From: Candidatus Obscuribacteraceae bacterium
GTDB lineage: Bacteria; Cyanobacteriota; Vampirovibrionia; Obscuribacterales; Obscuribacteraceae
Assembly: GCA_044229845.1 (NCBI GenBank)
Contig: JBGASG010000002.1
Span: forward strand, 544,001-608,000
DNA: 64,000 nt
Reading direction: 5' to 3'
Shown here in pieces: positions 56,189 through 64,000 of the stretch; positions within the stretch are counted from its first letter, which is position 1; every line of letters begins with the position of its first letter. The notes under the pieces are model-generated. The model saw only the letters and a program-made list of their open reading frames with translations, was not told the DNA's origin and made no database searches. Both the position numbers and the translations under genes were made by a program.

Positions 56189-57220
56189 ATGACTGGCGAA
56201 TTTGGATTAGGCTCAGACAGCTACAACTCAGAAGTAACCCGCACAGGCGGTCCCGGTACCTCCTACCTGGACCAATACCTGAGCTCCCCGGGCAGCAATG
56301 GTGAAGGCATCACGGACCCGCGTTTTTCAAACGACGGTCGTGGCATCGTGACCACCGGGCAAGCACCGGGCACCGACTATGTGGCACAGTCCACCCAGCG
56401 CTGGGAAGTCCAGCAAAACCGCAATGGGTTGGGCGGTAGCGCCCTCGAACTGCGTTACGGCGACCCCGACTTCCAGGCAAAACTGGCGGGCAGCCGCGCT
56501 GAGACCCTGAAAATTACAGGCTTGCCGACCAACGTCGGAATCTCCGAGTGGGCGGACGACAAAGGTTTCTTCATCTGGTTTGCAGACGGGCAGGCGCAAC
56601 ACCAGCGCATGTACCTGCCATCCAGTTTCAAGAACATCGAGGTTAACGGCTACAAGCAGAACGTCGATGAACTGAAGCTAATGACCGCCGATTCGATGAT
56701 GGCGGAATCCAAAGGCACGAAGGGGCAACCGGGCTTCTACAGCTTCAGCGGACGCACCAGCCCTCTGGACTACGGCAAGAAACTTGCCGGAATCGCCGGA
56801 CAGTCGCTGGCGGCGGAAGAGAAATTCCTGCGCGACGGCATCGCCGCGTCGCCTAACAATCCTTATTTCCACATCTACTTATCAGATGTGCTGCTGGCTA
56901 AAGCGATTCAGCCCGTGCTGCAGCAACTGCAAAGCAATCAACCGCTGCAGACCAACAATCCGCAGACTCTCGCCCTGATCGACGAGTCGATCAAAGAGGC
57001 AAAGCTCGCCCAGCAATACGCCGCGCAAGGCGGCAACCTGCGTGTGGTCGACACCCAAAGATCACCGCTCATGAGCCCATTTGGGTTGAACCCCTACTTC
57101 TATAACCCCGACATGTATTGGGGTGGCGCGCTCTATCAGTCGTGGCAACGCGAAGTTTCGCTGACCATGATGAAGGGACTGATTCAATCTGGATTACTCG
57201 ACAAGCTCGAATTGCCATAA
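56189..57220 (+). CDS. Hypothetical protein with a C-terminal TPR-like helical region
   Basis: 343 aa ORF with host-like codon usage; PNNPYFHIYLSDVL resembles a TPR turn; no signal peptide. Confidence 0.7.
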   Translation: MTGEFGLGSDSYNSEVTRTGGPGTSYLDQYLSSPGSNGEGITDPRFSNDGRGIVTTGQAPGTDYVAQSTQRWEVQQNRNGLGGSALELRYGDPDFQAKLAGSRAETLKITGLPTNVGISEWADDKGFFIWFADGQAQHQRMYLPSSFKNIEVNGYKQNVDELKLMTADSMMAESKGTKGQPGFYSFSGRTSPLDYGKKLAGIAGQSLAAEEKFLRDGIAASPNNPYFHIYLSDVLLAKAIQPVLQQLQSNQPLQTNNPQTLALIDESIKEAKLAQQYAAQGGNLRVVDTQRSPLMSPFGLNPYFYNPDMYWGGALYQSWQREVSLTMMKGLIQSGLLDKLELP

Positions 57221-57301
57221 ACGCGCGACCTCCTGAGAACTACAACGGCTCCGCCAGTCGGGTTTGCTATGATCAAGCCAGTTCAAGGCGAGACGGTTTA
57301 A

Positions 57302-58486
57302 GTGAAGTCGCTGAGCATACTGGGATCTACCGGCTCGATCGGCAGGCAAACGTTGGACATTGTGCGTGCGCATGTCCATTCCGGACAGCTGCGCGTCGTC
57401 GCACTGGCCGCCGGCGAAAATAGCCTGCCCCTGCTCGCCGAGCAAATCAAGCAGTTTCGTCCTGAGATGGTCTGTCTGCCCAGTGCCGCTTCTCTGGAGA
57501 AACTCAAGGAAGCCTGCGGCATCGATTCGAAATCGACGGAATTTGTCTTTGGCGCCGAGGGGTTGGAACAGGTGGCAGCGCACCCGAACACGGACATCGT
57601 CGTCTCGGGCGTTGTGGGATTCCTGGGCGTCAAACCGACCGCCGCCGCCATCCGCGCCGGCAAGACAATCGCGCTCGCCAACAAAGAGACCCTGGTTGCG
57701 GCCGGCGCCGCCATCATGCCCATGGTCAATAAGTACGGCGCCCGCATAATTCCTGTCGACAGCGAGCACTCGGCCATCTATCAATCACTCACCGGATATG
57801 GTGCCCGCGATCTGAGATCAATTTGGCTCACCGCATCTGGTGGCCCCTTCCGCACCTGGACGCGCGAAGCGATCAGCAATGCCACCGTGGACGATGCGCT
57901 CAAGCATCCCAACTGGTCCATGGGACAGAAGATCACCATCGACTCCGCAACCCTGATGAATAAAGGGTTGGAGATCATCGAAGCGCGCTGGCTGTTTGAT
58001 GTTTCTGCCGAGAAGATCAAAGTGATCATTCATCCGCAATCTATATTGCATTCGGCTGTCGAATTCGTGGATGGATCGGTCGTCGGGCAGATGGGTATTC
58101 CCGATATGCACCTGCCGATTCACTATGCGCTTTTCTGGCCGGAGCGGACCGAGGGCAAAGCCGGCGTGATTCCGCCGCTCGACTTAGTCAAGCTGGGGAC
58201 TCTTACTTTCGAAGAGCCGGATACCGAGCGTTTCCCTTGCCTGGCGCTTGCACAAGAGGCCGCAAGACATGACGACACCCGCCCCTGTGTTTTAAACGCA
58301 GCCAATGAAGTGATAGTCGAAGCTGTATTGAAGCGCCGGCTACGGTTTGCGGACATACCCCGATATGTGGAAAAAGTCTTGGATCTTCACCAACCCATTA
58401 CCGATCCCACTCTTGACGATATACTTGAGTGCGATTCATGGGCAAGAACGGCGGCAGCCGACCAAATTGGAGCACTAGCGAAATGA
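57302..58486 (+). CDS. dxr: 1-deoxy-D-xylulose-5-phosphate reductoisomerase
   Basis: ILGSTGSIG.QTL, LANKE, PVDSEHSAI, LTASGGPF, HPNWSMG.KITIDSATLMNKGLE and LNAANE. Confidence 0.97.
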   Translation: MKSLSILGSTGSIGRQTLDIVRAHVHSGQLRVVALAAGENSLPLLAEQIKQFRPEMVCLPSAASLEKLKEACGIDSKSTEFVFGAEGLEQVAAHPNTDIVVSGVVGFLGVKPTAAAIRAGKTIALANKETLVAAGAAIMPMVNKYGARIIPVDSEHSAIYQSLTGYGARDLRSIWLTASGGPFRTWTREAISNATVDDALKHPNWSMGQKITIDSATLMNKGLEIIEARWLFDVSAEKIKVIIHPQSILHSAVEFVDGSVVGQMGIPDMHLPIHYALFWPERTEGKAGVIPPLDLVKLGTLTFEEPDTERFPCLALAQEAARHDDTRPCVLNAANEVIVEAVLKRRLRFADIPRYVEKVLDLHQPITDPTLDDILECDSWARTAAADQIGALAK

Positions 58487-59130
58487 CATCCGGAACGAAA
58501 ATGACAAACGTAACCGTGATCGACCATCCCCTCGCGCAGCAACAGCTGACACGTCTGCGTGACTACCAGACACCGACCAGCGAGTTTCGCCGGCGCGCGC
58601 TCCTGTTGAGCAGTTTCCTCGCCTACGAAGCGATGCGCGACCTGACGGCTCGCGAAGCCGGAGTGGAAACGCCGCTTGGACCAGCCAAAGGCACGGTCAT
58701 CGGCGACTATGTCGTGGTCGCACCGATCCTGCGCGCCGGACTGATTCTGGCGGAAGCCGCTCAAGAAATCATGCCGCCCACCGCCCGCGTCTATCATGTC
58801 GGGCTGCGCCGCGACGAAGAAACGCTGCAAGCGATTTCCTATTACAACAAGCTGCCCGATACCCTGCCGGCCGACGCCAAGGTCTTCGTGCTCGACCCGA
58901 TGCTGGCTACCGGCGGTTCCGCCGTCGCTGCTATCCAACTTTTCGCCAAGCTGGGCGTCACCCAGGTGCACCTGGTTTCCTTCCTGGCAGCGCCGGAAGG
59001 CATCAAGCACGTGGTGAAGAATTTCCCCAACATCAAGATCACGACGGCTGCCGTCGACGATCACCTCAACGAGCACGGTTACATCGTGCCCGGTCTGGGT
59101 GATGCGGGCGACCGCATCTTTGGGACATAA
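58483..59130 (+). CDS. upp: Uracil phosphoribosyltransferase
   Basis: PILRAG, RDEETL, DPMLATGGS and GYIVPGLGDAGDRIFGT. ATGA overlap with dxr; alternative start at 58501. Confidence 0.96.
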   Translation: MTSGTKMTNVTVIDHPLAQQQLTRLRDYQTPTSEFRRRALLLSSFLAYEAMRDLTAREAGVETPLGPAKGTVIGDYVVVAPILRAGLILAEAAQEIMPPTARVYHVGLRRDEETLQAISYYNKLPDTLPADAKVFVLDPMLATGGSAVAAIQLFAKLGVTQVHLVSFLAAPEGIKHVVKNFPNIKITTAAVDDHLNEHGYIVPGLGDAGDRIFGT

Positions 59131-59250
59131 TCAAACTGTTGCCTGACCGCCTAATTTGTCGATGGCAAGCGTAGACACTCTACTCAAAGCAAATCGGCAA
59201 GAACGAAATCAGTCTAAGTCCATATCTCAACACGACCACAAGGAGCGTTT

Positions 59251-61644
59251 ATGAGAAGGGCAGTTGCCTGCTTTGTCACACTCGTATTGTTGCTGTCGAC
59301 GGGTGCAATCAGTTCGCCCGCTTACGCGCAAAGATCGCTGGCGGCACCGCTGTGCCAGAGCGGCAGCAAAGCGTATAACGAGGGCAACTATCGAGAAGCT
59401 CTACGCATCTTCCAGGAAGTGGTGACCATGCAGGGGCTCACGGCGGCCGAAGAAGCGACGCTTTTGCAGAGCATCGGCGAGTGTCAAAGATCGCTTGGAC
59501 AGTTGAAAGAGGCTGAAGCGAGCCTCAAAAAGTCGCTGGTCGCAATGGACAAGCTGCCGGCAAAACAACGTGACTATCTGAGTGTATTCAACTCAATCGC
59601 TCTGGTGGATCAAAGTCTTGGTCGATTCACAGAAGCCGAAGCGATGTGGAAGCAAGCCGAACAAAACGGCAAAGCTAACTCCATGCCCATGGCACTTGTC
59701 TATAACGGACTGGCGCGCCACTACGGATTGTGGGGCAAAAACGCGGAGGAGGATGATTACCTGACGCGCGCCGGCAAGTTGGCGCTCAAGTTTCCTGACA
59801 CGCTCGCTAAACCCTACTTTTTGCTCAATGCCGGGCAGTATCTGGAAGAGCGCGGCAAGTATGCGAAAGCCGAGGAGACGTACAAGAGCGGCATCGAAGC
59901 CTGCACGAAACAGCGCGGTCCGAATCACTTCTATAACGGATTCCTCTGGACCGACATGGCGGAACTCTATCGCAAGGAAGGCAAGTACAAAGAAGCCGAG
60001 GAAGCACTGCAACATGCCAAAGCAATTTTTGAAGCACAGGGATTTTCAGATCATCCGGAGTTGTTGCAAACGCTGATTCGTCTTGCTGAATTAAAACGGG
60101 ATCAGGGTAAATATGTCGAAGCCCGCAAGTTGGTGGAATCGTCATTGCAGGCTGCGCAAAGAACATTCGGCGGCGACGACAATCAATACGTCGCCAAAGC
60201 TAAAGACTGCCTCGGCACCATCTACCGCGAAGACGGACGATATGACGATGCGAAGAAACTGTTTGAGGAGTCGTTGCAGAATTATCGAAACATGTTCGGA
60301 AGAGATACGGTGGCATCAGCTGAAACCATCCGTCACCTCGGATTTGTGCAGGAAGATCTGGGCAATTACACGGAAGCGGAGTCGCTGCTCAAAGAGTCCG
60401 AGAGGATTATAGAAACCATAGCCGGTCCAGAACATCCAGCCCGCTCGAAAGCGGCAATGGCACTTGGGCACCTTTATATTCACCAGGGCAATTACGAACA
60501 AGCGGAGCCGCTTCTCAAGAAAGCTCTGGCGTCAACAGAAAAGACGCTCGGCGCAGATAACGTCATCACCGCATCTGGTGCACACGAATTAGGTGATTTG
60601 TACTCCAAGCAAAGTAAGTATGCCGACGCTCAACCTTATCTGGAGAAAGCGCTGTCCATCGACGAAAAGATTTACGGCGACAAGGCACCGCAGGTAGCGG
60701 CCGACTTGACCGCGCTGGCGACCGCTCTGGGCGCATTGGGACAAGCGGACAAGGCGTCGGACCTGTTGAAGCGCGCCGCCGATATCAAAAACGTATTGCC
60801 TGGCGGCAGGACTGATGAACTGGCGGTTCCGCAAATTCTGGTTGGTTCGAACAGCGATCGCCCGGTGAGGGATAAGTGGGCACTGGTCATTGGCATCAGC
60901 AACTTCAAAGACTCGTCGATCAATTTGAAATATGCAGCCAAGGATGCCACTGACTTCAAAAACTTCCTGGTCAACAAAGGACATTTTAGGAACGATCATG
61001 TGAAACTGTTGACCGACGAACAGGCAACACAGGCCAACATTCTGTCCATGCTGGGCGAGGGCTGGTTGCACACGCACGTCAAGAAAGACGACCTGGTGGT
61101 TGTGTACATCTCAAGTCACGGCAGCACGGCGAGTAAGGATTCTGACGGCGATAACTATGTCGTCGCGCATGACACCAACAAAAATAGTTTGATAGCAACG
61201 GGCATCCGCATTCAAACATTGTCGAAGATGATTGCGCAGCAGGTCGATTCAGACAGGGTAATCGTCATTCTCGATGTGTGCCACAGCGGCGCAGCCATCG
61301 AGGGACAGAAAGGACTGACGCGGACGGGCGGAGTCGACGCCACCGCGATCAATGTCGGCGCCGGGCGGATGGTTATGTGTTCGAGCATGTCGAATCAAGT
61401 TTCGTGGGAATCGAAAAACTACGACAACAGCGTGTTCACGCGCCGACTGATCGAGGCATTGCAAGCCGATGCAACCGGCACGAAGATGCTGGATGCATAT
61501 AAGAGATTGCGTGTGTCGGTGGAGTCGGAAGTGCTGCGCGATCGCGGAAACTTGCAGACCCCCGTGCTGGTCAACAAAGCCTGGGAAGGCGGCGACATCT
61601 CAATCGGCGTCGTGCCGACAGCGCAGAAAGAAGCAAGTAATTAG
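59251..61644 (+). CDS. Secreted TPR-repeat protein with a C-terminal caspase-like (peptidase C14) domain
   Basis: Signal peptide; multiple ~42-aa TPR repeats; KWALVIGIS, LKYAAKDA, YISSHG (His), LDVCHSG (Cys) and SVFT..L..AL. Confidence 0.9.
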   Translation: MRRAVACFVTLVLLLSTGAISSPAYAQRSLAAPLCQSGSKAYNEGNYREALRIFQEVVTMQGLTAAEEATLLQSIGECQRSLGQLKEAEASLKKSLVAMDKLPAKQRDYLSVFNSIALVDQSLGRFTEAEAMWKQAEQNGKANSMPMALVYNGLARHYGLWGKNAEEDDYLTRAGKLALKFPDTLAKPYFLLNAGQYLEERGKYAKAEETYKSGIEACTKQRGPNHFYNGFLWTDMAELYRKEGKYKEAEEALQHAKAIFEAQGFSDHPELLQTLIRLAELKRDQGKYVEARKLVESSLQAAQRTFGGDDNQYVAKAKDCLGTIYREDGRYDDAKKLFEESLQNYRNMFGRDTVASAETIRHLGFVQEDLGNYTEAESLLKESERIIETIAGPEHPARSKAAMALGHLYIHQGNYEQAEPLLKKALASTEKTLGADNVITASGAHELGDLYSKQSKYADAQPYLEKALSIDEKIYGDKAPQVAADLTALATALGALGQADKASDLLKRAADIKNVLPGGRTDELAVPQILVGSNSDRPVRDKWALVIGISNFKDSSINLKYAAKDATDFKNFLVNKGHFRNDHVKLLTDEQATQANILSMLGEGWLHTHVKKDDLVVVYISSHGSTASKDSDGDNYVVAHDTNKNSLIATGIRIQTLSKMIAQQVDSDRVIVILDVCHSGAAIEGQKGLTRTGGVDATAINVGAGRMVMCSSMSNQVSWESKNYDNSVFTRRLIEALQADATGTKMLDAYKRLRVSVESEVLRDRGNLQTPVLVNKAWEGGDISIGVVPTAQKEASN

Positions 61645-61801
61645 GTCTCTTGTCGGCTCTGCCTTCGGGATTATCCTTCGACGCGGCAACATGGTGTCCT
61701 TTGATGTCCATGGCACTGGTCAGTTTCTTCACGACCTTGCCGCTGGTTTTTCTTTGCCACGTTTCCCACTCGACCTTATCGCCTTTCTTGAAGTTTGCCA
61801 T
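61571..61801 (-). pseudogene. DUF2945 (Tudor-like) small protein, probably 3'-degenerate
   Basis: FKKGDKVEW....KTSGKV.KK......KGH...ASKDNP matches the family N-terminus as I recall it; the reading then diverges and runs 74 nt into the convergent caspase gene. Confidence 0.45.
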
Positions 61802-61803
61802 CG

Positions 61804-62322
61804 CTAGTGCCCTCTCACCGACGAACCAAGATCGAGCTTCTCATGCACCGCGCCTTCGTCTTCGTAGGGCTTGCCGGTTAGTTTCGCTTTGGCGAAACCC
61901 AACAGCATAATCATCGGGCTGGTCGGCGAGTCCCACAACTCAGCCTTCTGCGGCACCACTTTCAGTACCGCGATATTCGGATCCTCCGGACCTTTCGGAA
62001 ACCATGCTGCGTAGAGCGGATTCCACAACTCTTTGACCAGCTCCGGGTCGCTGACAGCTTCAGCGGTTCCACTGACTGACAGATAGGTATTTGATTTTAT
62101 GTCTGAAAAACTCAAACCTATTTGATTGTCGTGCTCGATCTCGCGGATCTTGCCGGAATTGAACTCGGTCAAAAAAAGAAAGGTGCCATCGAACTTCTTC
62201 TGCACCGACATCGGACGGCTGTGTATTTGTCCGTTGTCATCGCGCGAGTTCATCATGCATATATCTATCTCTTTGGCGCGTTCCCAAATGGATTTCAGCT
62301 CAGCTGACAAAGCTTCGGACAT
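61804..62322 (-). CDS. General stress protein, pyridoxamine-5'-phosphate oxidase-like FMN-binding split barrel
   Basis: SRPM, K..EI..D..I.L.F, YLSVSG.A and LWN....AWFP.G.EDPNI..L.V.P..AE.WD; GGGGAGG RBS. Confidence 0.88.
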   Translation of the reverse strand: MSEALSAELKSIWERAKEIDICMMNSRDDNGQIHSRPMSVQKKFDGTFLFLTEFNSGKIREIEHDNQIGLSFSDIKSNTYLSVSGTAEAVSDPELVKELWNPLYAAWFPKGPEDPNIAVLKVVPQKAELWDSPTSPMIMLLGFAKAKLTGKPYEDEGAVHEKLDLGSSVRGH

Positions 62323-62422
62323 AATCGTTTCCTCCCCGGCTCGGATTGATTTCGACGCCCCGAAGCAGGAAGGGTTCCTAAGTGAACGACCAGTGAACTC
62401 AAGAGTACACGCAAATTTGGCT

Positions 62423-62439
62423 TGCACCAAACTGGTGCA
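62423..62439. promoter_or_regulatory. Perfect palindrome TGCACCA-N3-TGGTGCA in a divergent promoter region
   Basis: tgcaccaaactggtgca read directly between the stress-protein gene and the response regulator. Confidence 0.45.
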
Positions 62440-62660
62440 CCGGATTTGGTACCAGCACTTGGCGCACCCTCTTCTTCCTAGTCGATGGCGGACGCCGTAG
62501 TTTCTTCCCGCACGCCACCCCCGCCACCCATCCTCATGCGGTAAGCAGTCTACATATATAGGACAAACCCCAATTGACGGGTTGATGAGATGTCGGCTTG
62601 AATGAAATTGGTAAGGCGCCCAGAGCCGTTCCCAGAGACATACAATAAGGCATACGAGCA

Positions 62661-63392
62661 ATGCTTCGCGTCTGTTTAATCGACGACGAATACGACGTCA
62701 CCGAAATCCTAAAGGAAGAACTCGAGGCGACTTCCGATCAGGTCCGTGTTACCCGCATCGCCCACAACATCGAGGAAGCGAAGCGGATAATCGACACGTT
62801 CCTGCCACTGATCGACTGCTTTATAGTGGATATGACTATGCCCGCGAGCGCGACTTCAGACAGACTGGAGCGCGACGCCGGACTACTTATACTCAGCTAT
62901 CTGCGGCAGACTAAACACTTCGCCGGGACGATCATCATCCTCACCAACTCCTGCGAGTTCGATGACGGCAAGAAAGCATTCGAAATCGGATGTGACGTTT
63001 ACCTGTGCAAGTCGCGGCAGCTGGATGATCTGATCGATGCTATCCAGTTTTGCATGCAGCGCCGGCTAGATGCTCCGGATCTGCAGCACTTCTTCCTGCC
63101 GGAAGAGATAACCACACGCGAAGCCCGGCTGATGGAAATGCTTTACGACGGGGCGTCATGGCAAGACATCGCATTTGCCCTGCGCTACGGCAATGCCGGC
63201 GCGGCGAGGATCGCCGCCGAGGACACGTTCAATAAATTACTGGCGTGGCATGCCGTCGCGCCGCCGATCGACAAGAGACGCGACGTTGCCATGCAACTTT
63301 GGAAATGGCGGCACGTCAGCCACGCCCCCGCGTGGGAGGTCGTAGCGGAGGTTCCGCATCGCACCAGTATTAGCGAGGAAACTCGCCACTAA
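62661..63392 (+). CDS. Orphan response regulator with a divergent C-terminal HTH-like domain
   Basis: IDDE, IVDMTMP (phospho-Asp), LTNS and YLCK; ITTREARLMEML.DG.SW.DIA.AL resembles a LuxR HTH start. Confidence 0.75.
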   Translation: MLRVCLIDDEYDVTEILKEELEATSDQVRVTRIAHNIEEAKRIIDTFLPLIDCFIVDMTMPASATSDRLERDAGLLILSYLRQTKHFAGTIIILTNSCEFDDGKKAFEIGCDVYLCKSRQLDDLIDAIQFCMQRRLDAPDLQHFFLPEEITTREARLMEMLYDGASWQDIAFALRYGNAGAARIAAEDTFNKLLAWHAVAPPIDKRRDVAMQLWKWRHVSHAPAWEVVAEVPHRTSISEETRH

Positions 63393-63403
63393 GGAGCGAG
63401 AAG

Positions 63404-63607
63404 CTAGTCTTCCAGTTTGAAGCCGACCTTGATGGTGACTTGAAATTCGGCGACTTCGCCTTCTTTGATCAGTCCGCGCTGGTCGACGACTTCAAACCAG
63501 CCCAGGCTGCGCAGCGTCTTGGAAGCGCGCTTGACTGCCGACTTAGTCGCTTCAGCGAAACTGTTGGGCGAGGTGCCGACGATTTCGGTCATTTTATAGG
63601 TTGCCAT
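63404..63607 (-). CDS. Dodecin (flavin-binding protein)
   Basis: YK.TEIVGTS..SF..A...AV.RASKTLR.L.WFEV...RG.I..G.V.EFQV..KVGF.LE; GAGGA RBS. Confidence 0.93.
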   Translation of the reverse strand: MATYKMTEIVGTSPNSFAEATKSAVKRASKTLRSLGWFEVVDQRGLIKEGEVAEFQVTIKVGFKLED

Positions 63608-63776
63608 ATGCGATGTCCTCGATTGCAAATTGAGAATTGGAATACGATTTAATCTGCTTGGCATGGCGCAGCGGAGGCTCTTAAAGCAACGTTTTACATG
63701 CCTGGTGATAACGCACGTGCCGATCGTGGATAATGCCACTTCCAGTCCAGATTCGAGCATTAGAAAGGAGCGGGCG

Positions 63777-64000
63777 ATGGCTACCAAAACCACGACCAGA
63801 GCATTCGAACTTACCGATTTCGACTTCGACCACATCGTTGCTAAAGATCGCGAGCTGCCCGCACTCGGTTCTCACGACGTGCTCGTCAAGATGCATGCAG
63901 TGTCGCTTAACTACCGTGACTTCCTGGTCGCCAAAGGGCTTTATTCGCGCAACTTGAAGCTGCCGTTGATCCCGCTGTCCGACGGCGCCGGCGAAGTTGT
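63777..64000 (+). CDS. NAD(P)-dependent medium-chain dehydrogenase/reductase, 3'-truncated by the window edge
   Basis: Not in the ORF track; translated by hand as MATKTTTRAFEL...DVLVKMHAVSLNYRD....G.Y......LIPLSDGAGEV; AAGGAG RBS. Confidence 0.88.
   Translation, partial: MATKTTTRAFELTDFDFDHIVAKDRELPALGSHDVLVKMHAVSLNYRDFLVAKGLYSRNLKLPLIPLSDGAGEV

Noticed and set aside
57302..58486. dxr as part of the prenyl/lipid operon
   Set aside because: It is about 7 kb away, separated by opposite-strand and housekeeping genes, and coupled to upp; proximity is probably incidental.

Overview
A GC-rich (visually ~55-60%) bacterial chromosomal window, densely coding, with about 63 CDS. I recognised no rRNA, tRNA, CRISPR array, transposase, integrase or prophage gene. 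The gene style (Zn-ribbon Ser/Thr kinase-TPR fusion, many secreted TPR proteins, TPR-caspase, TPR-double aspartyl protease, no photosynthesis genes) suggests a non-photosynthetic cyanobacterial relative such as Melainabacteria/Obscuribacterales; this is inference only. Housekeeping genes: end of an ftsI-like PBP, murJ, iscS/nifS, ybeY, dgkA, rimP-nusA-ylxR-infB-rbfA-truB, HU, mnmE, dxr, upp, photolyase. The best candidate for an undescribed system is a tightly coupled six-gene operon at 41495-49965: UbiA-like prenyltransferase, rifampin-phosphotransferase/PigC-type PEP-utilising enzyme, BtaA-like DUF3419 SAM enzyme, phytol/dolichol-kinase-like membrane protein, GNAT-fold protein and OleC-like adenylating enzyme. 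It matches no characterised pathway I know and looks like a biosynthetic route to an unusual lipid or prenylated metabolite. It is followed by a degenerate histidine kinase and a NarL-type regulator. Other points of interest: a TPR + SdpA-like + HTTM/SdpB-like operon, a two-CPBP-protease/NatAB-like exporter module attached to the translation operon, a head-to-head gene pair with overlapping starts, a triple direct repeat before nusA, a poly-Gln DgkA, a 22-bp-arm hairpin, and several low-complexity secreted or effector-like proteins. All family calls come from motifs read by eye; no database search was run.
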